Below are positions 8,529-17,244 of a DNA stretch of 44,171 nt, in pieces. How positions within the stretch are numbered: the first letter of the stretch is position 1; each line of letters opens with the position of its first letter. A program made the position numbers and the translations under genes. A model generated the notes under the pieces. That model was given only the letters and a program-made list of their open reading frames with translations. It searched no databases and was not told the DNA's origin. This DNA comes from a virus (Duplodnaviria > Caudoviricetes): positions 1 through 44,171 of IMG/VR virus record IMGVR_UViG_3300010214_000004; one strand, given 5' to 3'.

Positions 8529-9581
8529 ATGCCGTTCAACGCTACCCAGATCGATCAGATCGGTCACTACGCCATCGACGACTTCGCCAAGAACGATCCC
8601 GTCGATCAGGTCAACTCCGCGCACCCGTTCTTCTCCTGGCTGATTGCCAACAAGAAGGAAGAGCCGGCCGTCGGCCAGTTCTACTCCGAGAACATCTACA
8701 TCTCGAACGACTCCAACGGCCAGAACTACTTCGGCGCCGACCAGGTGTCGTACAACAGCCGCGATCCGGTCCGCCAGACCCAGTGGGCGTGGTACAACTA
8801 CCACAACGGCTTCGGCTTCGACGAAGACACCCTGAAGGCCGCCGGCATCATCAAGACCGATGACCGCGAGGCCCAGGCGTCCGGCGCCGAGAAGGCGATC
8901 CTGTGGAACCGCCTGAAGGCGGCCTACATGACGATGAAGGAAGGCACGCAGCACGACCTCGCCATCGAGTTTCTGCGCGATGGCACGCAGTCGGCCAAGG
9001 CGGTGCCGGGCATCTCGCACATCATCAGCACCACGCCTTCGTCCGGCACCGTCGGCGGCATCTCGGCGGCCAACCCGTACTGGCAGAACAACACGGCGCT
9101 CGGCATCGTCACCACCACGCCGTCCGATGGCAACATCAACGCTGCGCTGAAGCGCATGCAGCGCGCTGTGACCCGCTACGGCGGCAAGATGCCGACCCGG
9201 ATCTTCGCCGGCCAGGGCTTCATCGAGAAGCTGGAGCAGGAGAACCGCGCCATCAGTCACCTGAACGTGACGATGAACAACAGCGGCTCGGGCACGACCT
9301 ACGACGGCGGCGTGGCGACCACCAAGTTCGATGGCATCCCGGTCATCTGGGACCCGACCTTCGACGAGATCGACGCCATCGACAGCACGACCATCTGGAC
9401 CAAGCGCGCCTACATGGTCAGCGACGACTCCGTGGTCCTGCGGCCGGTGTCCGGCTTCTGGATGCTGAATCGCAAGCCGCCGCGCGTGTATGACCGCTAC
9501 GTGCACTTTTGGGCTCGGACCTGCAGCTATCGACTTACGACCAGTCGTCGAAACGGAAGTGCAGTTCTTTCAATCAATTAA
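8529..9581 (+). CDS. major capsid protein
   Basis: 350 aa from ATG 8529 with GGAG RBS; strongest codon bias; FLRDGTQSAKAVPG, YWQN and FDGIPVIWDP motifs; position. Confidence 0.9.
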   Translation: MPFNATQIDQIGHYAIDDFAKNDPVDQVNSAHPFFSWLIANKKEEPAVGQFYSENIYISNDSNGQNYFGADQVSYNSRDPVRQTQWAWYNYHNGFGFDEDTLKAAGIIKTDDREAQASGAEKAILWNRLKAAYMTMKEGTQHDLAIEFLRDGTQSAKAVPGISHIISTTPSSGTVGGISAANPYWQNNTALGIVTTTPSDGNINAALKRMQRAVTRYGGKMPTRIFAGQGFIEKLEQENRAISHLNVTMNNSGSGTTYDGGVATTKFDGIPVIWDPTFDEIDAIDSTTIWTKRAYMVSDDSVVLRPVSGFWMLNRKPPRVYDRYVHFWARTCSYRLTTSRRNGSAVLSIN

Positions 9582-9636
9582 GCGATTTTCGTAAGTCGAA
9601 GTCTAAACCAAATTCAGCGTAAGTCAACATATGAGT

Positions 9637-9691
9637 TTGATTTAAGACAAGACTTGCTGCATGATGGGGCCTCCACCAACGAGGAGGCTCC
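9637..9691 (+). promoter_or_regulatory. HNH gene promoter plus RBS-sequestering hairpin
   Basis: TTGATT-17-CATGAT; GGGGCCTCC (9666-9674) pairs with GGAGGCTCC (9683-9691), covering the SD. Confidence 0.6.
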
Positions 9692-9693
9692 TC

Positions 9694-10386
9694 ATGTCAT
9701 ACAGGCTCAGGAACAAAAGTGCTGTTGATCGGTTCTGGTTTGCCGTGGTGAAGCGTGAAAGCGGTTGCTGGCTGTATCGCAATCGCCCAGAGGTCTACGG
9801 GAACATCAAAGGTGACGACGGCAGGAACAAGTTGGCACACCGATTTTCCTACGAACTCCACGTTGGGCCCATACCTGTCGGCATGTTCATCTGCCACAAG
9901 TGCGACACCCCTGGTTGCGTCAACCCCGAGCACCTGTACGCAGGCACGCACGAGGACAACAACAGGGACAAGGTAGAGCGCGATCGATACAGGACCGCCG
10001 CCTGCCAAGCGGACAAGCTGCGCAGACGAGCAATGGACTCGGTAACTGCGGCGGCAGTGAAAGAGGAATATGAGAGCGGAAGGTTCAGCATGATGCAACT
10101 GGCAAAGAAGTACAGTTGCTCGCAATCAACCATCTCGTGCATCATTCGAGGCGTGCCGAACTATGGCAAGCCGAAGGAAGAACAGACATCTCGGCGTCGC
10201 TATGGCGGGAACTTCCGACAAAAGATCACCGAAGCTCAGCGTAACGAGATTCGGGAGAAATACGCCACAGGCGCTTTCACCCAGACTCAACTAGCAGTAG
10301 AGTACGGCGTAACACAAACCCGTGTCAGCGACATCATCACGGGGCGAGACTACAAACGTTCAATCACCCCGGAGACACCGCAATGA
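9694..10386 (+). CDS. free-standing HNH homing endonuclease with C-terminal HTH repeats
   Basis: CWL..., AHRFSY, ICHKCDTPGCVNPEHL..GT..DN; two HTH-like units; lower GC. Confidence 0.92.
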   Translation: MSYRLRNKSAVDRFWFAVVKRESGCWLYRNRPEVYGNIKGDDGRNKLAHRFSYELHVGPIPVGMFICHKCDTPGCVNPEHLYAGTHEDNNRDKVERDRYRTAACQADKLRRRAMDSVTAAAVKEEYESGRFSMMQLAKKYSCSQSTISCIIRGVPNYGKPKEEQTSRRRYGGNFRQKITEAQRNEIREKYATGAFTQTQLAVEYGVTQTRVSDIITGRDYKRSITPETPQ

Positions 10387-10709
10387 CCATGATCAAGACC
10401 TTCGCCGCTGTCAACATGGCCTCCGCCGGAGCGCTCGCTGGCCTGGAACTGGGCGAGACCCCGTTCCAGCTCGGCGGCAATGCCAAACTGTACTTCCCGG
10501 CGGCCATCGGCGGCGCTGGCGTCATCACGCTGGAGGGTAGCCCGGACGGCAAGACCAGCCCGAGCACCTATACCCCCATCCGCACCCTGAATGCGGCCCA
10601 GACCGCTGGCCTGTGGGTCGAGCTGACCGACCTGCCGGCCTACATTCGCATGAACGTCACCACCGCCGGCACCGGCACCTTCACCCCGACCCTGCACGGA
10701 GTCCAGTGA
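10383..10709 (+). CDS. virion structural protein (decoration/cement-like)
   Basis: 108 aa, beta-rich, capsid-like codon bias. Confidence 0.65.
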   Translation: MTMIKTFAAVNMASAGALAGLELGETPFQLGGNAKLYFPAAIGGAGVITLEGSPDGKTSPSTYTPIRTLNAAQTAGLWVELTDLPAYIRMNVTTAGTGTFTPTLHGVQ

Positions 10710-11089
10710 TGTCCGAGAAAACCGAAACCACGACTGCGGCCGATACCGGCATGACCTCGTTCCCGATCTACGCGGTCACCGTCGAGCGCAGCAACAACGA
10801 GAAGGTGGTGGCCGAAGTGCCGGAATACGAGATCCCGGTGCTTCAGGCGCTCCACGGCGAGTTCAACGTCACCAAGGGCGAGCACCTCTTCGACGACGAC
10901 CGTCCGTCCGAGGCTGCTGCGATCCTGGAGGCGCTGAAGCGCAAGTACAACAACAAGAACACCGGCGACGTCGTGACGACGGTGTACCGCAACGCAGACG
11001 AACTCGCCAAGGCTGCCGGCATCAAGACCGGCGTCGCCACGCGCCCGGCCGAGTCGCTGCAGATCGACGGCCGCAAGAAGGCCAAGTAA
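10709..11089 (+). CDS. conserved-type hypothetical protein in head module
   Basis: ATG 10709 overlaps previous stop; VPEYEIPVLQALHG motif. Confidence 0.75.
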   Translation: MSEKTETTTAADTGMTSFPIYAVTVERSNNEKVVAEVPEYEIPVLQALHGEFNVTKGEHLFDDDRPSEAAAILEALKRKYNNKNTGDVVTTVYRNADELAKAAGIKTGVATRPAESLQIDGRKKAK

Positions 11090-11110
11090 TCTCACCGTGG
11101 GTGGTAAGAT

Positions 11111-11144
11111 GGCCCCGGCATGGCTCGCCCAGCCGGGGTTTTTT
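11111..11144 (+). terminator. rho-independent terminator
   Basis: CCCCGGC...GCCGGGG followed by T6. Confidence 0.85.
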
Positions 11145-11157
11145 GTAGGAGAGCGCG

Positions 11158-12300
11158 ATGCCTTGGGTCCCCATTGACGAGAGCGGTGTTGCATACACTC
11201 TCGATTCCGCATCACCCAACGTGGTTATCCTCGATAGCGTCGTGACGTCTGATGGCGATGCGGCGGCTGGGTTTCCATGGACGATCACGCCATCAACTCC
11301 GGTGAGGATCGGGGTTATCGTGCTGTTCTCAGAGGATGAGCCTGCGGTGGCCGAGAATTTGGTGCTTGGCGGCGTGTCCGCAGATGCCGAGCCACTTGTT
11401 GACTTCGTGTTCGACGGCGACTCGGTGGCGATGCCAACCGGGCTGCAAGACCCTAATAATGTGGTAGGAACGGCGGCCCCGGCGAGCGACCTACTGTTCC
11501 AGCCATGTACGCTCAACGCAATCCCAATCGAGTCTCGCTACAACATCCTTGTGTACGTGTTCCAGGATGCGCCAGCAGAGGTTTCCTACAACTGCGAGTG
11601 CGACGACGAGTACCCGACCAAGACGCTCGCCCAGATGCGCGAGTACCTGATGATCAGGCTCGGCTGGGGCGCGATGGTGTCTACGCCGCTGCCCGGCGTC
11701 GCCGTGACGCTGAACTCGTTCCTGCGCGACGCTCAGGAGCAGATTTACCGCCAGTACAAGGTATTCCGTCTGGAGCGGTTCTTCACTTGGCCGCTGCTGA
11801 CTGGCGTGCGCTTCTACGACCTGCCTGACAACGAGGACGTCTGCACCAAGAAGCTCGATCCGCGTATGATCACATGGGTCGGCATCTCCGAGGGCGACAA
11901 TTTTTGGCGCCAACTCGTGTGCGGCATCAAGCCTGAGTTCTACTACGGCGACATCAGTTCATGGCCGACGCACTACGAGATCCGGCAGTGCATCGAGGTG
12001 TGGCCGCCACCGTCTTCCGACGACTGGAAGCTGCGCATCAAGGGCTACTTCGGTCTGCTGCCGTTGGAGGTCGACACCGACGTCAACACGATCGACTACG
12101 AGGCTATCCAACTGTTCGCCCTGGCAAACGCCAAGGCGCACTACGGGCAGCCTGACGCGGCTAATTACATGGGTCAGTACCGAGACTACATCGGCGCCGT
12201 GACGGCCGGCTCGCATCACACGCGCCTCTACGTTCCGAGCACGGAGCAGTCGTATCCGCCGCCGCTGCCGATCCTGACTGGCTTGCCAGGTGATCCCTGA
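11158..12300 (+). CDS. head-tail adaptor with about 140-aa N-terminal extension
   Basis: TLAQMR..L.IRLG, LNSFLRDAQ, PTHYEIRQCIEVWPPP and ALANAKAHYGQPDA motifs; position. Confidence 0.75.
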   Translation: MPWVPIDESGVAYTLDSASPNVVILDSVVTSDGDAAAGFPWTITPSTPVRIGVIVLFSEDEPAVAENLVLGGVSADAEPLVDFVFDGDSVAMPTGLQDPNNVVGTAAPASDLLFQPCTLNAIPIESRYNILVYVFQDAPAEVSYNCECDDEYPTKTLAQMREYLMIRLGWGAMVSTPLPGVAVTLNSFLRDAQEQIYRQYKVFRLERFFTWPLLTGVRFYDLPDNEDVCTKKLDPRMITWVGISEGDNFWRQLVCGIKPEFYYGDISSWPTHYEIRQCIEVWPPPSSDDWKLRIKGYFGLLPLEVDTDVNTIDYEAIQLFALANAKAHYGQPDAANYMGQYRDYIGAVTAGSHHTRLYVPSTEQSYPPPLPILTGLPGDP

Positions 12301-13097
12301 TGCGTGAATTTGCCATCACCAGCGCAAAGCAGGGCATCACCCGGCAGCGCAACAAGGGCGGCCCGGCGAAGGACAGCTTCTACACGCTGAAGAACTGCTA
12401 CGTCACCTCAGACAGGTCGGTTGTCCCTCGCCCAGGCACCCGTCTCGACACGACGCTGCCTGCAGGCACCAAGGGCCTGATGATGTTCCGGGGCAAGCTG
12501 CACGTCTTCAGTGCAGAGCCGGTGACGATCACCAACCCGAAATACGTCAATACGGTCCTGCAGAACCCCGATCCAGACAGCACAGCGGCAATCCACGAGA
12601 TCCACTTCGCTCAGCCGTTCCTTGGCTACCCGTTCGTCGTCGCCGAGTTTGAGGACAACCTTGGCACCTATGTGGCCTACTGGCTGGAGGAGCAAGGGAC
12701 GTGGAAGCCGGAGACGGTCTATTTCCTTGGCGAGTCGGTGCTGCCATCAGTGCAGACCGGCTACACGTACAGTGCGAAGCGCCTCAATCCGGCGATGCCT
12801 GCATGGTCGAAGGGCAAGGAAGTGCAGGTAGGTGACTTCCTGGAGCCTACCGTTTACAACGGCTACATGTACGAGATCATCGCAATCGACGGGCCTGGCA
12901 CGACGACAGGGCAAATTGAGCCTGTCTGGACGGCATCAGAGGGCGCCGTTGTGATCGAGGACGTTGACGTCGGAGAACAGGAGCCTGACCAGGTTGGCGC
13001 CCCAACGGCGCCCTATGTGCCGCCAAGCGTCAGTGATCGATATGGCAACCAAGGCGGCTTCGGCTCACTCGCGGCTCTCACTCCGGTGGATGAATAA
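12300..13097 (+). CDS. tail nozzle/stabilisation protein, N-terminal part, with Trp-repeat modules
   Basis: LKNCYV...VVPRPGT nozzle-type start; W.P.T.Y..G..V repeats. Confidence 0.7.
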   Translation: MREFAITSAKQGITRQRNKGGPAKDSFYTLKNCYVTSDRSVVPRPGTRLDTTLPAGTKGLMMFRGKLHVFSAEPVTITNPKYVNTVLQNPDPDSTAAIHEIHFAQPFLGYPFVVAEFEDNLGTYVAYWLEEQGTWKPETVYFLGESVLPSVQTGYTYSAKRLNPAMPAWSKGKEVQVGDFLEPTVYNGYMYEIIAIDGPGTTTGQIEPVWTASEGAVVIEDVDVGEQEPDQVGAPTAPYVPPSVSDRYGNQGGFGSLAALTPVDE

Positions 13098-14482
13098 TGG
13101 CGATCCCTGTCTGGCAGCCGAGCACCCTGTACCCCACCGGGTCCATCGTCAGGTCGACGGCGGACCTTGCTGGCGGCGCGTTCAATGACGTCGACAACGG
13201 CGGGTTCGAGACTGGCACCCTTGCCGATTGGACCTATCAGAGCGTCGGCGGGGCGGTTGTCGCTCAGGTGGCGAACACCAATGCCAGGACTGGCCTGTAT
13301 GCGTTCTACTGGCCCGGTGGTGCCGGCACAGGGCAGGAGGGCGGCGTTGAGTGCTTCGCCACCAGCGACGACGCACAGCCCGTAACGCCCGGCCTGTCCG
13401 TGACTGCGAAGGGCTGGTTCAGGTACAACACCATCGGCGACATCGACGGGTCTCAGGCGCGCATGTACCTGCAATGGTATGGCGCGGGCATGACGCCGCT
13501 ATCCACGAGTCCTGGCAGCCTGATCAAGGGCCGCGGGAACAACAACAAGTGGGTAGAGAGCGTTGCGACCGACATCGCGCCTGCTGGCGCTGAGTTCGTT
13601 GCGGCTGCTTTCTGGGTTGTAGGCCGTGGCGGGCGAGGCCACATCTACGTCGACGACATCACCTGGAATTACACCACGCCTACCCCGCCGGAGGGATTGG
13701 TGTTCAAGGCCGTGCAGCCTGGCGTCGGGACGTCCGACGCCACGGAGCCTGTGTGGCCTACTGTCAACGGAGTGCAGGTCACTGACGGCACCGTTATCTG
13801 GGAGGCGCTGGTCGCTACCCGAATCACGTACCGGGCTGTTCCTATCCTGAAGTCTGGAACCGTCGAGCCGACGTGGCCGACCACGGTAGGTGAGTCAGTC
13901 GCGGACAACACGATCTCGTGGCAGGCGAGTACGCGACAGGTCGTGCAGGCTCCGAACAGCAAGGTGTGGGCCATCACCGCCTCGAAGGTGTACGCCGCAG
14001 ACGGCGACATCATCAAGTTCAGCGCAACGGTCAACCCGCTGGACTGGACGACCGCTGACGACGCTGGCTACCTGCCGTCAGGGCTTAATCAGAACGGCAG
14101 CAACGACACGGCCGTGCTGAACATCTACCGTGGCAACTTAGTGTCCTTCAGCAGCACCACGTTCCAGAACTGGCAGGTCGATCCTGACCCGGCGAACATG
14201 GCGTTGTTGGACGTCATGGAGGGTATCGGATCGACGTGGCAGCATGCTGCGCAGCCGGTGGCGAAAGACCTGTTCTACCTCGCCGCGCTTGGCGTGCGTA
14301 CCGTCGGCATCAGCGCAGGCAGCACGAATCTCGTCAATGGCGACGTAGGCATGCCGATCGACCCGCTGGTGCGCGCCTCAATAAAGCAAGCCGTGACGGA
14401 TGAGGTCGAGCCTCGCGGCCTGTATTACCCGTCACTCGGCCAGTATTGGCTGTCGTTCCCGGAGCCTGATGATGGCGGATAA
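13097..14482 (+). CDS. tail protein: carbohydrate-binding-like module plus nozzle middle part
   Basis: NGGFETG jelly-roll start; EPVWPT repeats; IKFSAT.NPLDWT...DAGYLP and YYP..GQYW propeller-type motifs. Confidence 0.7.
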   Translation: MAIPVWQPSTLYPTGSIVRSTADLAGGAFNDVDNGGFETGTLADWTYQSVGGAVVAQVANTNARTGLYAFYWPGGAGTGQEGGVECFATSDDAQPVTPGLSVTAKGWFRYNTIGDIDGSQARMYLQWYGAGMTPLSTSPGSLIKGRGNNNKWVESVATDIAPAGAEFVAAAFWVVGRGGRGHIYVDDITWNYTTPTPPEGLVFKAVQPGVGTSDATEPVWPTVNGVQVTDGTVIWEALVATRITYRAVPILKSGTVEPTWPTTVGESVADNTISWQASTRQVVQAPNSKVWAITASKVYAADGDIIKFSATVNPLDWTTADDAGYLPSGLNQNGSNDTAVLNIYRGNLVSFSSTTFQNWQVDPDPANMALLDVMEGIGSTWQHAAQPVAKDLFYLAALGVRTVGISAGSTNLVNGDVGMPIDPLVRASIKQAVTDEVEPRGLYYPSLGQYWLSFPEPDDGG

Positions 14483-14981
14483 GACCACCACCTATGTCTA
14501 TTCCATGACCACGCTCGGCCAGGTTGGAGCGTGGAGCTTCTATGAGTTCCCGTGGCTAGTGGAGGCTCACGCGATGCTTGGAAACGACGTGTACCTGCGC
14601 TCAGGCGACTCGGTATTCATCGTCGACCCGGAGCGGCTGGAGGATCAGGATGAGACCGGAGCCGATGTCGAGGTGGTCGGAGAGATCCAGTCCCACTATC
14701 TCGACTTCGGGTCGCCCGGCGTCACGAAAATGATGATCGGGGTCGATGTCGTCGGGAACGGCATGGCGAACATCGCCGTCGGCTTCAACCAGTCAGACCC
14801 GTCGCTGTTCACGACAGACGCGTTGGTACCAGGCGACAGTGTTCCCGGAAGCATCATCCCGATCCCGTTGGCAGCCCCATCGTTCGCCATGCGCCTTCGG
14901 TACAAGTCGTCCGAGAACCCGAACGGCTGGGAGTGGCTGGCGTCGAACTTCTACATCAACGACTTCAGGCCGACATCGTGA
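14472..14981 (+). CDS. tail nozzle, C-terminal part
   Basis: GGAG RBS at 14461; AWSFYEFP, YLRSGD and YLDFGSPG.TK motifs. Confidence 0.65.
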   Translation: MADKTTTYVYSMTTLGQVGAWSFYEFPWLVEAHAMLGNDVYLRSGDSVFIVDPERLEDQDETGADVEVVGEIQSHYLDFGSPGVTKMMIGVDVVGNGMANIAVGFNQSDPSLFTTDALVPGDSVPGSIIPIPLAAPSFAMRLRYKSSENPNGWEWLASNFYINDFRPTS

Positions 14982-15472
14982 AGCCTGCGCCTCGATCGCT
15001 GCGCAAGGCCACCATGCTCGATACGTGGCTGATGTGCAGCCAGCTACGGCCTGACGACATCGAGCACTACATGGCCTACTCATTCCTCCCGGAGTGGGAC
15101 TTCGAGGCGGCCGCGGCCGATTTCTGGGGGCGCCCTGGCATGAAGTTCTGCTACCAGGACGCCGATGGCCGCCCGCTGGCCGTCCTTGGCCTGACCCCGG
15201 TCACGCCTGGCTGCTTCGACATGTGGATGTGCAGTCCCCTGTCGACGTGGGAGACCTCTGGCGCCGGCCTGACCCGTGCATTGCGCTGGCTGGCCGAGTT
15301 CGTGTTCGCCGAGTGCGGCGTGCGGCGCCTGCAGGTCGAGACGCTGGCCTCCCGAGAGGGGGCTTGCGAATGGTACGAAAGAGGGCTCAAAATGCGCCCT
15401 GAAGGCGTCAAGCCATCATTCGGCCGGAACGGGGAGAGCGTGGCCTGCTTCTCCAGACTGCGAGGTGAGTGA
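14978..15472 (+). CDS. GNAT-fold protein (T7 gp13-like position)
   Basis: GTG overlapping previous stop; LRPDD.E, RRLQV, WYERGLKMRPEG...FG.NGE. Confidence 0.75.
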   Translation: MKPAPRSLRKATMLDTWLMCSQLRPDDIEHYMAYSFLPEWDFEAAAADFWGRPGMKFCYQDADGRPLAVLGLTPVTPGCFDMWMCSPLSTWETSGAGLTRALRWLAEFVFAECGVRRLQVETLASREGACEWYERGLKMRPEGVKPSFGRNGESVACFSRLRGE

Positions 15473-16191
15473 TGGGCGGCGGCTTCATCAAAGACAAGAC
15501 CTGGGACAAGATCACCGACCCCCTTGGCCTATTCGGCGGAAAGGCGGGCGGATGGGCTGACCCGCTTGGAATCATCTCCAAGTCGTCGGCCGAGACCGCT
15601 GAGCAGCGTGCGGCGCGACTGGAGGCCGAGCGTCAGGAGAACATCCGGCGCGCATCCGCCGAAGTCGAGCGCATCTACGGCTCCCCCGAGCGCCAGCAGC
15701 AGTACACCGACTTCTACAACGCCACCCGCGATCTCGGGATGGCGGACCTCAACAAGCAGAAAACCATCGCAGACAGGCAGGCGAAATTCGGCCTTGCCCG
15801 TGGCGGCCTCACGGGCGGATCGCGCGCCGTAGACCTTGGCTCGCAGCTAGGCCGCGAGTACACCGACGGCCTGCTGACCGTGGATCAGCGCGCACTTGCG
15901 GCGAAGGCTGACCTGATGGGCGCCGACCAGCAGGCGAAGAATAACCTGCTGGCACTCACGCAGTCTGGCCTCGATCTGACGACGGCCCAGCAGAACGCGG
16001 CTGCTGCGATGCAGGCAAACCTTCAGTCTGGAGAGGCGACGCGCCTTGCCGGCGGCTTGGGCGACATCTTCGGCACCGCCTCCGACTTCTACAAGAAGTC
16101 CGAGGAGGAGCGCATCCGTCGCCAGGCAGAGCAGAACTATGGGCAATCGCTCTACAGCCCCTACTACAGCTACGGGAGTGGCCGAGGATGA
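15472..16191 (+). CDS. internal virion/ejection protein
   Basis: Gly-rich N-terminus, helical, FGLARGGLTGGS motif. Confidence 0.75.
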   Translation: MGGGFIKDKTWDKITDPLGLFGGKAGGWADPLGIISKSSAETAEQRAARLEAERQENIRRASAEVERIYGSPERQQQYTDFYNATRDLGMADLNKQKTIADRQAKFGLARGGLTGGSRAVDLGSQLGREYTDGLLTVDQRALAAKADLMGADQQAKNNLLALTQSGLDLTTAQQNAAAAMQANLQSGEATRLAGGLGDIFGTASDFYKKSEEERIRRQAEQNYGQSLYSPYYSYGSGRG

Positions 16192-16616
16192 GCACCGATG
16201 TCGTAGTGGCTGGCAACGTGACGCGCGATGACGTGCTGGCGTTGCAGGCGGCGATGCTCTGCATGGCGCCGGCCGCGCTTCCTGAGCCGGTTCACTTTCA
16301 TGCCGAAGGTCTGTATGCGCGGATGATCGTGATGCCTGCCGGGCACGTATTCACAGGCAAGGAGCACGCGCGCTCGCACATGTTCATCATGCTCGATGGC
16401 GAGATGGAGGTAACCCTGCCGGATGGGTTCGTTCATCACATGACCGGCCATCACGTCAGGGTGTCTCCGGCGTACCGCAAGAGCGCCTTCCACGTCATCC
16501 GCGACACCATCCTGCTGACCGTACACCACACCCAATACACCGACCTCGCCGACATCGAGGCCGACCTGATCGTGCCAGAGCATGGCATCCTGCCTGGCAA
16601 TGGAGGCGCAGCATGA
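16188..16616 (+). CDS. cupin-fold protein
   Basis: HFHAEGLYAR..MPAG...TGKEH...H...G, TVH. Confidence 0.8.
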   Translation: MSTDVVVAGNVTRDDVLALQAAMLCMAPAALPEPVHFHAEGLYARMIVMPAGHVFTGKEHARSHMFIMLDGEMEVTLPDGFVHHMTGHHVRVSPAYRKSAFHVIRDTILLTVHHTQYTDLADIEADLIVPEHGILPGNGGAA

Positions 16617-17236
16617 GCTGGATTGCACTTGGCATCACGCTGCTTGGCGCAGCGGCGAGCGCCTACAACACGCAACAGACCGCGAAGAAGCAGGATCGCG
16701 CTCTGGCTGCACAGATCACGCAGCAGGGCAAGAAGCAGCAGCAGGCGTCGGCAAAGATCGCGGAGGCGCTTGCAGCGCAGGCGCAATCTGACCCTGCCGA
16801 TGAGCAGGCGCAACAGATGGAGTCCTACCTGAGCACGCTCAGGCAGGGGCAGCAGAACGCGGGTCTGAATACCGGCCCTGGCGGATTCTCGGAGGCTTAC
16901 CGGCAGGGCACGGCCGAGGCTGGGCAGCAGCTCAGCGAGTACGGCACTGGCCGCGCGGGGCTGCTGAGCCGCATCGATGCGCCGCGCCTGCAGCGCCAGA
17001 ACGAAGGCATCCTGTTCGACACGCTCGGGAACGAGTTGCGCATGATCGGGCGCGAGGCGTCGGGGCAGAACTACCTCGATCAGCTTAGGTACAACAGCAT
17101 CCGGCGTGATCCTTGGCTTGATGCGCTCTCCGGCGTCGCCAGTGGCGCAGGTGGCGCCATGGCGAGTGGAGCTGGAAGTTCGGCAAACACGACGATCGGC
17201 CCTGTGGTGAAAGAGCCCATCTTGTTCTACGGTTGA
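16613..17236 (+). CDS. internal virion/ejection protein
   Basis: Hydrophobic N-terminus, Gln/Ala-rich helix, Gly/Ala-rich C-terminus. Confidence 0.75.
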   Translation: MSWIALGITLLGAAASAYNTQQTAKKQDRALAAQITQQGKKQQQASAKIAEALAAQAQSDPADEQAQQMESYLSTLRQGQQNAGLNTGPGGFSEAYRQGTAEAGQQLSEYGTGRAGLLSRIDAPRLQRQNEGILFDTLGNELRMIGREASGQNYLDQLRYNSIRRDPWLDALSGVASGAGGAMASGAGSSANTTIGPVVKEPILFYG

Positions 17237-17244
17237 GGTGAGTC

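Noticed and set aside
9582-10386. Group I intron in the capsid gene
   Set aside because: The capsid ends in a normal-looking C-terminus, no intron core was recognised, and the HNH has its own promoter and RBS
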